Assembly: GCA_035084275.1 (NCBI GenBank)
Contig: CM068745.1
Location: forward strand, 87,668,001-87,732,000
DNA length: 64,000 nt
Direction of reading: 5' to 3'
DNA from: Hydrolagus colliei
Lineage: Eukaryota
Of the stretch, positions 24,965 to 38,320 are shown piece after piece. Made by a program: the position numbers and the translations under genes. Numbering within the stretch: the first letter of the stretch is position 1; each line of letters starts with the position of its first letter. The notes below the pieces were generated by a model. That model ran no database searches, had not been told where the DNA came from, and was given only the letters and a program-made list of their open reading frames with translations.

Positions 24965-27900
24965 ACTCATACACACACATCAACTGGGTGGTTAGACCTT
25001 CCATCTGGGTTCAGATTTACTCTGAACGTAGCGTTTCGGAAGGCAGCAGAATTTGGCAATTTCCTTGAATAGAGGGCTTTTATTTGTGAAAGGTGGCTTC
25101 CTGCGAGTTTCTTGCAAGAGCGACAGAAAACAGGGCTTCAAAACTTGAAAACAAATTTCGACAATTTGCCAAAACTCTGCACGCTTTCAAAATGCTACAT
25201 CGATGGGAGTGAACCTCGACCCCAGCTGGACTTTCTAACGGATCTGTTTCACGAGTCGTGTAAGCTACTTTAAGAGATGTTTCATTGGGATGTTAATTAA
25301 AACCAGAGCACCCGTAATTTCTTCTGTGCGTACGCACACGTTTTTTACGACTTGCCCATCGGGTTCGCTTCGCTCGCGATGTGGCCACGTTGGCAGGTAT
25401 TGGAGGGGATGGGAGAAACTGTCACGGAATCAGAAAGCTGTTGGGAGACAAAAGAATTGCCTACGACATGGCTTCCCTGATTACATTTATTTGAAGTGTT
25501 GAGTTCCTTCCACTCTTAGCCATCAGTGAGCACCATTTACCACTTGCATATTAAATTATTGGGGTCTGAACGTATACACTCGTCAGCAATGTTTGGCAAA
25601 ACAGCAATTGGCGTATGATAGAACCCAACTATCATTTTCTTCAATAAAACATGGTGCCATTTTTTTTAATTTGCATTTATCTAGAGCTGAATATCATGCT
25701 GACGTTTTATATTCATTTGTAGGGAAGCATGCTGTTGTTGAGCTCCATGACAGCAACAAGCTCAGAATTTTCTTTTTTCAGATGCACAATTTAGCGATGT
25801 ACGTTTCACCCAGGCCATTGCCTGAAGCTTTGCAGTCATCCTGATTAGGTCTGAGCCTAATCTGGATTGAGGGGAGGTACAGTGATTAGGTTTGAACAAA
25901 ACCCTGGGTTCTGATGAGTTTTGAACCGGGCTGAAGTACTCTGATTAGAGCTTAGCCCAGCCCTGGGCTGTGATTGGGTTTGAGCCCAGCTCTGGGCTGA
26001 GATTTCACGATGAGGAACATGGGGAAATGTACGGGATTGGAAATGACCAATGCAATCCATGTGGTCTCAAGGTTTATTTGAAGAAGAAAAAAAATGACAC
26101 CATCTCATATCCCTCAAATTGAATTCTTCACCAGATATCTGTCTATTTCCCACTTTTGAATTCGCTGACGCCTCCTTGCCTCCCAACTGCGAAAGGAAAG
26201 GGAGGAGGAGGAGAAGTTATTTGCACAGTACCTCGGATGTATTGGTAGAGTTTATTACCCAATCGTTCCTGCCTATCCTATTCCTACGTCAATTGGAGAA
26301 AATAGTGTGGTGGCCAGATGGGCAACAGGGAAGATGTCCCTGTTTGTTTTATTTAAGCTTCCCTTAATGTCTGTGTGAACCAAGGCACCAACTATTGAAT
26401 CTCTTGCGTCTGGGCAATGGCCCAGGTCTGGGCTCTCGGTTTGCTGTCTTCCGCAAGTAAATTGGTCAACGATAATTGGCTGGTTTGGTCATTTCAGTGT
26501 TAAAACCTGGATACATTACCTTTGCCTGAATTCATTTTTATTGGAAACAATAAATTGGGCGTGGAGGGAGGTGGGGAGTGAGGAGTAGAATGGAGAGGGC
26601 ACTAATTCTTACGGAACCTTCGCACTATTTTCCTAATGGAAACTCGCAACCTTAATAGGTTTCACTGTAACCCATGGCCAGTTTGTAATTATACTGCTTC
26701 ATAAAAGTCTTGCAGTAGAGAGTAGCAAGTGCATTTGTCAATTTGCCTGCTCAGCCCACGAGTAGCGGGAACTAAGGCGTTCTAGAAGCGTTCAGTTTCT
26801 CCCAAGTTTTAAACAAACTGAACATCCACAACAGACTGATTCCTTTAATAAAACAAAGCATTAGCTTGTTAATGGGAATGTGCAAACTTGAGGGTGACTT
26901 TTTAATGGGAAATATATTTTTTCGCGTCGGACTCGACACAATTTATCTTGGATTTCTTTCACATCCCAATGGGGCGAACTCCCTGGTTGGTAACCAGGGT
27001 GGGTTCCCCCCCGCCCCTCTCTCTCTTTACCATTCCTTAATTCCCATTTAGTAGTGAGAAGACAAACCCTGAATTGATGATTCGGGTATTTAGCAACACA
27101 GCAGAATGAAGGAGCTTGCGAAGGCTGCAATTGCTGTTGTGTCTCGTGAGTGGATTCATAAGTGTTTTGATGCTTCCAGATGTCTAGGGACATTGGTTTG
27201 GGGTTTGCGCGTCTCTGCTAATTGGGAACTACAACAGTCCATCCTGGTAACATGATCAATCCTTTATGACTGCTATACACGACTTGTTGTGTACTTATTC
27301 TGTTTGTGTCATTCTAGCTGTAAGGAACATTTTGTTAAGTTTTTGTGCAATTGTCTCCCTTTGTTGCCTGTCATTAGAAATGATGTATTTTTTTCCTCGT
27401 AGTAGAAACCAGCTTTTGCCCAAAGTCTAGGTAATATTTAAGAATGAAAAGCGTACTCGAGACGTTACTATATTTAAATGTTCACAATGCTTTTTCACAA
27501 GAGAAGTTGAGTAGAATGAGAAAAGTGTCTACTTTTTATGTCTGACCAAGCAGAATACAGATCATTTATTGTGTCGTTTCCTTTAACAATGTTTGGTAAG
27601 TGATACTTCCACAATATTTCTAAATGGGATGTAGAGTTTAGCTATGATCTGCTTTCTTTGATTTTAAATAAGAGTGTGACTTCGAAGTATAGCATATTGC
27701 ACTGGTGATCTTATCACTTTTTTTCTTTTTTTTCGTCTTTTTACGCGTGCTGTGAGATCCCGCCAACTGTAGACCTGAGTGAGCTGTGAAAATCTTTGCT
27801 CGCAGGGAAGACACAGCAGTAGAAGAGATGCGGTCAGTCATCTAGTTGCTTATTGTGGTGTGGGTTGGAGGGTTCAGGACTGAAGGGGGTGGGGGGGGGG

Positions 27901-30900
27901 AGAACGAGGTGATAATTCACACGCGTGCATTATTGGATCTGTTTCCACTGCCGCAAAGTGTCCGGGGGGGTGGGCAGTGAGGTTAGGAATGGTCACCGCG
28001 GAGTTAAGATTGACGCTGTTTTTTTATTACTTGTAAGATGTGATTAGGAAGGTTTGCATTGTTGAAAATCAGGATTTCAACAGTGATTCGCTGACCTTTT
28101 TTACCCCATAAAGTGACACCAGCCTGCCCTTGTATGTGTGTGTGTGCGCGCGCACGTGTGTGTGTGTATGTGTGTGTGATTGAACGGGTGAGTCGATTGA
28201 GAATTGCAAATGACAGCCAAGACCACAGGAGTGATTTGACAAGCAGGAGTTAACCTTTCGAGCAATCAATGTTCTCCACTGTTTTTCAAATTGGACAAAA
28301 CCTTCGATGCGCAATATCTGGATTACGGTTGAATCAACGATGATTAATATCGCAAGCGGAAATGTAAAGTAGACCTCAAGGGTTTATTGATTGGCAATGC
28401 CCTTTGACTGACAGGTACAAAGCATTGCGAAGTCGCGCAAAACTGCCTGCACCTTAGGGTTATCATTGCAAGACGTTCAGGCACTTACTGGTGGAGAAGG
28501 ATCTTCTGTGATATCCTGGCGGAAAGTATAGAGATGATAGTGGTTTATATATTTATATATTATGACTTCCAAGGTGGGTGTCACGTGTAAAATAGAATAC
28601 GCAAATCAGTAGAGCTGCTATAACTTTTAAGCGCCTGCACTATCTCCCAACATTACAAGTCACACTCTTAGTCACGGCAGGTTTTGCTGCACTTTGCAGG
28701 GCATCTCAGTGGAACGCATGCAACCAACCCAGGTAGCGCGATCGTTCGTTGACTTAGCTTCCAACCATTCAGCGACCAACTAAGTGCTCGATTCAAGAAA
28801 GCAGATTGTGCTTCAAAATGATCCTCAGGAGATTGTGTACAGTTTTGCCCGAAAGCGATCGTTTATTTTTTATCAATACCCCCTGGGTTAAAAGAGGAGG
28901 TGTTCTTTGGCAAAGTTGTCGTCGTTGTCGTTGAGAAGCATCCAAGGCATTGAAAATGATGAGCTTGGGTAATTGCAAAGAGGCGCAGCTAACCCTTTAA
29001 CTCATAACGGTGGGTGAGATCATGGGGAAGAGGGGGTGGGGTGGGGGGGTAGGGCGGATGACGGCAGGATGAAACAAGTGCGTTGAGGCAGATTACGTCA
29101 GCTTGCTCGCGGCCAACTCAGGTGAGCCAGCTGCGAGAGGTTTTGATGGTTGAAGTGGCTGAGAACAGGAAGCTGCTTTCAACGGGTCTCCTTTTGTGCT
29201 CGGAGAGTTGTTAGAGTGACAGCTTCTGCTCAGAGCCAAGCGAAACCATTGAGATACGAGTCAGCATTAAAAAGGGTTTCGGGTTAGACGTGTTACCCGC
29301 AAAATGTCTGCCTCGTCAGTCGTCAGGAGAGTGCGGAGCTGCGGTTGCAACCTCCCATCTCATGAGGTTTGGCAGTGATGTTGGCTCGTCAGATCACCAA
29401 CCCCGTCACCGACCGTCAATTGCTTTGCCAGCCTGACCCACGGTTATAAACAACGGATTTGTTTGCTCCTGTCGTTAGCCCGTTTACTCCTGAGAAGTTC
29501 AGGAATTTCCATCATTTTTTATGGGAATCAAGCAAGTGGTTCGGGCCTGACATTTAGACAGGACGGATTAATCCAACCCTTAATTTAGGTGTTTTTATCT
29601 ACAAAGCATTGTCCAAATAATTTATACGAGAGCGTCACGGAAAAGATTTCTAGTTTTAGTAAATGTAATAATCAGATAGTTGCTGTAACACTTGTGTGGA
29701 TAAGAGTTGCTATGATATTTTGTTAGTTCAGTTGGCTGTAATGACAAAGCTTAAGAATGACTTTATATGTATATGTATAGGGGGAGATGGGAAGAGATTC
29801 ATTTTCCCCACCTGGTAACTGCGGAAAGGAGGAAAAAAACATCAAAAACAGTCTTAACTTGCCACTTCCGATCATATCCCAGAAATATATATTGGTAATG
29901 TTACCAATTCTGCTTTAAAGCAAATGTACCACGACTTAAATTGGGTAGCAACTTTGCTTAAAGAGACAGATTGCTTGGTGTGTGTACTAGTTAACAGTAG
30001 GATCGTTTGTCATAGTATGCCAGATGCCTGCTGTACCAAGAGACATGTAGTTTGTAGCGAAAACGGTAGATGACAATTACTTTGAGTTCGTGTTCTGTTG
30101 AAGACTTCCAGCTTTAGAGAACCCGGGATATTGGTCTGCACTTTTGTTCTGTTCGTTTGTGGAAAAATGCTTTGTGGATGAAATCTCCCCAACTCAAGAT
30201 TAAACATGCACATTTTTTTATTATCGGGAAATGTTTATTTTAAACGAATTTAGAATTTTAACTTGAATATAATATAACTTGATGAGAATTTGTTTTAATA
30301 GTATTGCAGTAATAGTATTACAGTAAGGGATATTTAACAAAAAAAACACTCAATGTGCATTGTATTCTAGGGAGAACTGGCTTATTTGGCCTTAAAAATA
30401 TTTTATAAAGTGTTTAATTTAGTTTATGGTGGGTGGGGGGAGGGTGGGGAAAGATAATTAACTATGTTTTTTCAAAAATTCTACTTGTTGGGGACTGACG
30501 TTAATGATATCTGCAACTGCTGCAGTAACACCTTGCAGCCAAAGAAATAACTCTTTTGTAAGAAAAATCTATTCTATCGAATCCGAGTTTGAATTGGGGT
30601 GGAGGGTTCAAATTGCTGAAAAATTCCAAGTTCAAATTTTTTTTGTTTTAAAACAAAAGTGATTGGCGTGGTAGTGAAACGGTTTGGGTATGTTTGTCTC
30701 GGACCCCTTTTTTGGCTGCAGTCTTGGAACAACCCAAACAGCATTAGAAAGATGTCCATTATTGGAGCTATGGATTGTAAGGGTTGGTGAAGAGATATCT
30801 TATGAATTCAAAGTTTTTTTTTAGGCCAATTAATAAAATGGATCCACCAGTATATTTTTGAACGGCAGATTTCTTGTGAACTATTTAGATTTTTTCAAGT

Positions 30901-33212
30901 GGGGAGCGTGGTGGTGGGGGGTGGGGAGGGAAGGTACAATGCAATGGCTGATGATGTACATTTGATTTTGATACCAAAAATGGAAGGATGTTTCCTGAGT
31001 CACATGAAGTATTAAGAGGAATTATATTTCATTAGAAGCGACGCACACACACACACACGCTCACATTTTGTTTCTTTCCAGGCCTACAATATTTAAAACC
31101 ATGGTGAATAGAGTTTTAACAGTCACATTTTTAAACAAAAGTACATATATGTATGTAATATATATATATATATATATTAGAGACAAGACTACAATTTATT
31201 TTTGTGGATATCTTTAACCTTTGGGGTTGATTTGTAATACTGCAAGGAGGTTGTTTAAACTAAGGAAGCGCCCACATGCCAATTCTATGAAGTTAGAGTA
31301 GCATAGCAATATAAACCAAATTAATCGGAATTCTCCAATTAAAGTAATTTCGACCACAATTAAAATGTTGCCATTTCTAGCCGTGCCTGCTGGAGTGAGG
31401 CAGCGTGTACTGAAAAACAAATTGAGCTTCAAAGGCCCGAAGGCAATGTTTGATTTGGGTCCAGTATCTCATTCCTGTACTATCTTTTGAATTCTTAAAT
31501 GAGTTGACGCTTTTTGAATTTTCGACTTCAGATCATTGCCCCCCTTGCTTTCCCCCTGTTTGCAAATTGTTTTTGCTTTTAAAAAAAATTCAGATTCAAG
31601 TCTGGTTTTGGAAGCTTGTATGAACAGTGCTCTTAAGTTATTTGGGTCCCAACGCTACTCTGTGTGTGCGCGTGTGTGTGCGTGCGTGTGAGTGTGCGTG
31701 CGTGCGTGTGTGAGTGTGTTTATTCACAGAGACGGGGATACGGATGCCTCTATCTTTACCACTCCGCTCAAACAGATATAGATCCCAAGAACTCCCCAAA
31801 AATCTACTGGTCTCGCTTCATTTCCTCTTTATGGTTCATCGTTCACTGAGTCACTCTCTGCTCGTCAGCGATTTACGTCTCTGCGGCAGACCACCGTAAG
31901 GATTTAGCATTTCAGCTTCTAAATGACCATTGATGACATTAATTATTATTATTATTTTTTAAATTGTTTATGTATCAATGGGGTCTCATTTCAGATTTAT
32001 TGTAGATTTAACCATAGTCCTCTGAAAGTCTCACCTCGGGTGGCATTTGTGCTGGTGAAGTCGAAACGGCCAAGTACATTAAATTTGTGCGTCTGAAGTG
32101 GAGTAACTCATTTAATCCACACTGTGACCCAGATTGATGAGGACGGATTCATTGTTTGTGTCTTAACGATGTTTGTACACACACTCAGACCTAAAAGACT
32201 GGAGCTGAAGCTGACCAGTGTTTTTTTCTCTCTCTCTCTCTCTCTCCCTCTCTCCCCCTATTCCTGGTTCATTATTTACACATACTGTTTGACAAGAGTT
32301 TGATGGGTTTCTGGCCCGGATCAATATACTGTACTACTTCCAAAGAGCTGTTGGTTCGCAAGCAAACCTGACTTCAAGTTTAAAGTATTGAGATCCATTG
32401 CACTAAAAGAAAAGACTGTGTTGTTCTTGCCGTTGTTCGGGGTAGATTCTGTAGTGTGTGTGAGAGATACGCCAACAGGGTTTCCTGTGATAATTGACGT
32501 GTGAAACTTGTTAGCATTAGCGCATTGCTGGGCATGCACGGGTGGTGTTTTAGTGGGCAGGAACGATGTCAGCTCAATACAGTGTTGGCTGCTTTCGTGC
32601 TTGCAAGAAAGAAAGTCGGTGACGTAGGGTCTTTGACTGCGGAGTGCTCGACAAACAAACTACGGTTCAGAATGCTATACTTGATGTACTGAATGCCAAC
32701 CCTCGCCCTAATCTTACAGTAAGTGAATGTGGTGGTAAATCTACTTTTCTTTTGTTCGAAGAAAAGAAAAAGCTGACGGTATTTAAGACCGCTGTAGATT
32801 GCCATTTTTGATGATGTGTCTAGAGAAGTAATTTCAGTGAAGTATAATTTTAAAAAAAGTGAAGCAGAATTCCTGGTGATGTTAGGATATCCCATTACAA
32901 GAGAATCAGTTCTTGTTGAACAGAAGGTGCCTGTGTATATAGCTCCTTTCTATTGCTTTGAGCAGAGTCCCTTATATATTTCTTACTAATATGCTCTGTA
33001 GAAATTGAATTCAGAAATTTTACTACTGATAATTAAGAGTTTAAAGCCACTAATTATATAAAGGTTGCATAATTTGACAGATGATCATTTTATATTGTGT
33101 ACTGTTTATTGCCTGTCTGTTTAGTTTGTGACTGAAACACAGATTTCGTTTTTCCTCTATTATAATGCTGTAAGCTGCTGCAGTGTTATTCTCTCATTAT
33201 TTCCTAGCAGGC

Positions 33213-33218
33213 AATAAA
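33213..33218 (+). terminator. Candidate distal polyadenylation signal of BBX (AATAAA)
   Basis: AATAAA near the end of the AU-rich stretch lacking the dominant SINE; U-rich sequence up- and downstream. Confidence 0.4.
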
Positions 33219-36200
33219 GCATATTGTACAGTATTTTGGAAAAGGAGTACGATCTTTATTTGCAACTAATAATAAGCCTGAATTTTACACCTCGTCGTCT
33301 CGGAGAGTGAACTGTTGTTTGATCGAATCGTAAGGAGAAAGGATGTCAAAGGCAACTGCAGTGGAGTAATTCAAAATACAATCACACCAGTTAAAGCAAC
33401 CACCTCCATTCAGATAGCACAGGTTCATACACTAACACACCCTGACTTGAAGACTACTCTTACATTAAGGCCATGTTGTTGAAGACGGATTTGACTGTAC
33501 AATTAAGGTACGTTTGGATCGAAATTCCACGGGGGGTGTGGGGGTCAAGATTTATTCCGTCAATGTAACCATTTCAGAGTGCCCAGATTTTGTCAAATTC
33601 TTAAACACGGTGTTTTTAACTACAAAGCCAGCTTTCTGTTATGTATAGTTGACGATTTACACAGCAGAGAACGAGCTTCAAAGCTAAGACATATTTTTCC
33701 GGCTTTGCGCTCTCTGAAATGCAACGTTAATAGAGTAAACTTAAGACGCGGGTGGAATTTCTTCCACGTGAAAGGAGTTGACTGACTTAAGAGGTGAGTT
33801 TCAATCGGCCAATGCAGGCCTTTGTCTCCTACTGATAATGTAAATCTTTGATAATTATAACTACATTCTTCTTTGGGGGGTTTTTGTGGGCGGGGGGTCA
33901 GCTGGTTGTCTGACACATGGAAACCATGCTTAAGATCGCTGTAGATTCTAAGCCAAGCAGAGAATGCCATGCATCCCACCTGCACCCCTACAAATCCCAG
34001 AGAGAAATTGTTGGATTGGAACGCACGCTCTCCCTGTTGGGATACGATCCGCTTCACCTCATCCCGGCAGGTAATTAGGAGCAGAGACTGGGAAGAGCCG
34101 AGGCTCGGGGACCACCGAGTGTGCGTTGCGGGTACTGCTGGGGTCTTAACTCGCATTTTCATTCAGTAGATTCATGATGAGCTGTTGAGGTCAACAGCGA
34201 ATGTGTTAACATCAAGTTAAAAGAAAATTGTCGGTTGGGACACTTATTGCCATAGGGATACTTTGGCCGGTAGTACAATCAACTATCTCTGTACTCTTGA
34301 GTGAAGAGTTGAACAGGCAGTGAGATAGAGTCCATCGTATCTGGCATCAGCTTATCTCAACTGAAACCCTGGGGCATTACGCCTTTGAGCCAACTAATCG
34401 AGAGCTCAGAGACGCTCATCATTCCCTATCTCACCAGAGAAGGAACTCTCGTTTGGAATATCAGTAAATCTGAATTATCACAGCCCCAGGTGGAAATACC
34501 CGTTTGATTCATTTTAGAACAAAACGCCTAATTCCTAAAAAAAAAACCTAAATGCTTTACCTTTTGAGAGATAAGCATCGCGGCGTTGGTCACACCCTTG
34601 AGAAGCTGTGACTTTTCAAGTTGTCGAGAGGCCATTAGAGACGAGTGAAGAGTGATCGGCCACAGGCTCAGTGAGCGGTGGATGCAATGGTGATTTGTAA
34701 TGATAATAATCCTTGCATTCGGTGTAGCGCCTTTAACACCAGGAAGACATCGCAAGACACTTCACAGCTCATACATACTGTTACGTGCACTAACTGTGTG
34801 TGTGTGTGTGAATATGCCCACAAAAATCTCCAATGCTGCCCGGGAACAGTCATTTCACGAATGCGTGAAATTGTGTTGCTCAGCAGCTCTGCAACTCATA
34901 TGAAATGCCCGTTCTCCTGGAGGGTGTACAGGCCATGGGACAGCTTGAGATTTTCTACCAGTCGGATGCCACGTTATTTTCAAATAATATTTTCATATTA
35001 ATGTATATTTTGGGTGAGACCGAAAAGGAAAAGTCTACTTCTTCCAAACACTTGGTAAGGACAAAAGACACATGTGAAGGTTTGGGTATCTCAGTACATT
35101 CGAACTCAATTTAAGAGTTGAAATATCTATCCGTATTTTCGGAAACAATGCCACAGTATATAGCTTACGTGGTTTTTTATTTTGGAGGGGGGAATATACT
35201 GTATAATATAAGGTCCATAGATTATTAATAAGTCAATTCACCAGTCTTTTTACTAATCCATGTAATCCAAGGGAAAATGCTCACCTGCATCGCAGCACAG
35301 TTGGCAACGAGAGAGCTGAACCTATTCTGAAATTCCTTTCAATGAGACTTCCGTGGCTGAACTGGAATAAAAATACTGTAAAGGGAATGCAATCTTTAAA
35401 AATGATATCACATAACAGGGTACATGAAGAGAAGCACGGTAAAATCCTCAATGCATTCCAAGTGTGTGTTCCTTGCCTGAGTTAACGCAAGCAGAGCGAT
35501 AATACCTGCACATTTGCATACTGTTCCTGAATTTGTGCCATTCTGGTTAATTAAGAATTGATTTGCACTCATCTCAATGCTTATTCCCTCACAGATGGTT
35601 CCTCCTAATCAGCTGGTCGCTCGCAAGTTTAATGATAACGATAACACCGCGACTAGTAATAATCCTTCTGTTTAATAGAGTGGTTTTCACGTCGGGAGGA
35701 TGTCTCCAAACAGTTTGCAGGATGTATTGTCCTGGAAAGTGCCTTCTGTGGGCAAAACGTGGCAGCCGGGTTGCTCACAGCGATTACCAATCATTCCACC
35801 AAACTCCGTGGAGTGAGTAACTGATTTGAATTGGGAAATTGGTGGCCAGGACACCAGGAGAAATTCAATGTGCAACGGTCAGACTGTTGGAACTGTTTAA
35901 CGTCTCTTAAAGTGTCTCAGAGGCTGAAAGTGCGCCGCGGCGCTGAGGAAACACTGCATCGGGTGCCAAACTGGAAATATCGAGCGCTTTGAGATGCCTT
36001 TCCAACAGCAGCAAAAAAAAAAGGCACCTTGTAAATATTATGTTAGATTTCAGGGGGGGGAAACACAGCGATATTGCCTGTTGTGCGACAATACCTTGGC
36101 CTGGATAAAATCAATCTATTTATATGACTGTAGTTCCGAAGAGAGACTTGAAATGAATGCTTCCCGTGGGAAGTGTGGCAAGCGACAGACCACTGAGAGA

Positions 36201-36236
36201 CGGTGTCGCAAATTTCAAAAGAAATCCGCGCAAACA

Positions 36237-36352
36237 TCAATAAGCGTGAGTACTCGCCCAATACCGGAGGCAGAAAGTCAATGCTGCTACCGCGATCAGG
36301 ATGGTAACTCTCACTACCGCTGCCGACACGAGTCCCATCCCATCATGTATCT
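36237..36352 (-). CDS. Receptor A TM/cytoplasmic exon (EIHDGMGLVSAAVVRVTILIAVAALTFCLRYWASTHAY*)
   Basis: Minus-strand ccttttcacag acceptor, phase 1, hydrophobic helix containing Arg, TGA at 36239-36237. Not in the ORF track. Confidence 0.75.
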
Positions 36353-36539
36353 CTGTGAAAAGGTATCACGTGAAACACGTATTAAACTCAGGTCTGCTAA
36401 TGCTTTGTGTAACATTGTGCTTCGTTGGAAAGATTCCCGTAACACTGGGCTTGCGGATATGTACAGTGAGTACTCGCCCAATACATCATCCAAACCTCTG
36501 CAGCCCGTGTACTATCCCGCGCCCGCCTCCGCGACCACA

Positions 36540-36885
36540 TAACCCCCACCCTCGCCCGTCTCCACTGGCTCCCCATCCTCCAGAGGATCGAGTTCAAGAT
36601 CCTCGTCCTCACCTACAAGGCCTTACACGGCCTTGCCCCACCCTATGGAATGCCATCCCCCAATCCCTCCGACTTGTTTCTTCCCTTTCCTCTTTCAAGG
36701 CCGGTTTGAAGACTTTCCTCTTCGACCGGGCCTTTTGTTCCCCCCTGAACTCTTTTACCTCCCCTTCGTGTTTCACCCCTTCCCAAACACTCCCCTCCCA
36801 GCTCGGGTCACACGCCCCCTGTGCAGCGCCTTGGGACGTCCTCCCGACGTGAAAGGCGCTTTATAAGTTTAAGTTGTTGTTGTTA
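36540..36885 (+). mobile_element. L2 LINE 3' end
   Basis: 'LWNAIPQSLRLVSSLSSFKAGLKTFLF' and tail cagcgccttgggacgtcctcccgacgtgaaaggcgc...(gtt)n. Confidence 0.85.
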
Positions 36886-37127
36886 CAGTTACTTTTAACC
36901 TTACAGCATTTTTGGTCACCAATTAGGTTCGGGCTTACAATTAATTCGTCTATAGCCCTACATGTGTGTATTGTCTTTTTTTCCTTTAAACCTTTAAATC
37001 TTATAGATTTGGCCAAATGTACGTGAGCAGATGTGAAACTTTACAGTTAATGCTGGAAGTTTTCAGTTAATCGCGACGCTGCTAATCTTCTTCCGTGCAG
37101 TTCTCTTCAAGCGCTGAATGTCAGCGA

Positions 37128-37462
37128 CTCGCAATGTATAACAATAAATAATAATCCTCGCATTTGATACAGCGCTTTTCACATCTTATCAACGTCTTAA
37201 AGCGCTTCACAGAATAATAGTGAATTGACTGTATATTTGTTGGCGAAACGTGGCAGCCAATTGCGCACGGCAGCGTCCCCCTCAAACAGTCGCGGATTGA
37301 AACGGACAATTTTATTATTGTGCTTTTTGGGGGGAGGGATTATCATTAGGCGCGTGTGTGGAGTAAGGAAACTTGCCCAAGGTTTCGCCCTGACCTGCCT
37401 GGATTCGAACACAGGTCTCGCGCTTGCAAGGCTAGCGCTCTAACCACTGAGCCACAGGAGCT
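37128..37462 (-). mobile_element. SINE, full length
   Basis: Head, core and tail all present in reverse complement. Confidence 0.9.
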
Positions 37463-37990
37463 CCACAAATATGTAAAACATGTTTGTAAAAAAGATATCT
37501 CAGCTCCCCTTAGTGGTAGGAACTTGTTATTGAAAGCACAGGCCAAGCAATGACCTTGCGAGGCCAACAGTGCAAAGTCAAAACTAGTGAATCGTGAACG
37601 AAAAGGAAGTCAAAATGACAAAAATAATAATCACAATAATACTCATTGCATTTGATATAATAATAACAATTCTTGCATTTGCCATGACGTTTCACCCACA
37701 AATACACAGTCAATTCACTTTACAGTATATTCTGTGAAGCACTTTGAGACGTCGATAAGATGTGAAAAGCGCGATATCAAAATACAAGACCCTTGCATCT
37801 GATACAGGCCCTGATGACATCTTTGAAACATCTCAAAGCTCTTCACCGAGTACGCTGTACGATGAATTGACTCATTACACAGTCACGACACTCACTGGTT
37901 TATTCCCGAAGCACTTCGAGTTGCCTTTCCCACGTCACAGCATTAAGACGCTTTCTGCTCCGGGAAGGAGGCAAAAGAATAGCAACTCAC

Positions 37991-38320
37991 CCGAAGAGTC
38001 GTTGAGATGAACACCGTGAAGATTGACAGGAATCCATTCAATGACGGGCGCGGACAGCGTGGAGTGATTCACTTGGCAAGAATAATTTTTCGTTTCATTC
38101 CCCACGGACACAGAAAGATTCAGGAAACTGGTGACGGAGAATGAGCCGTCGCTGTTAGATTGGAGGGTCCCATTGTCTGTCCCATTGGCGATGAACTGTC
38201 CATCCTCAAACCAGGATATCTGAATATCGGGAGGGTAGAACTCCAGCGATTCACAGACCAGCTGTTTGGTACCATCTGACAAAGGCAGAGCCTCTTCTCT
38301 TAACTTGACTATTGGACGAG
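37991..38320 (-). CDS. Receptor A Ig C1-set exon (ARPIVKL...LVCESLEFYPPDIQISW...NSDGSFSVTSFL...YSCQVNHSTL)
   Basis: tttttcag acceptor, g|gtgagt donor, 330 nt (phase 1 to 1); C1 hallmarks CxxxxFYPxxIxxxW, NxDGxF and YxCxVxHxxL. Confidence 0.92.

Noticed and set aside
33620-34162. 180-aa minus-strand ORF
   Set aside because: No recognisable domain, no convincing splice context, and unremarkable composition.
35994-36852. Two ORFs of about 180 aa on the plus strand
   Set aside because: Antisense to the receptor A TM exon and overlapping an L2 remnant.
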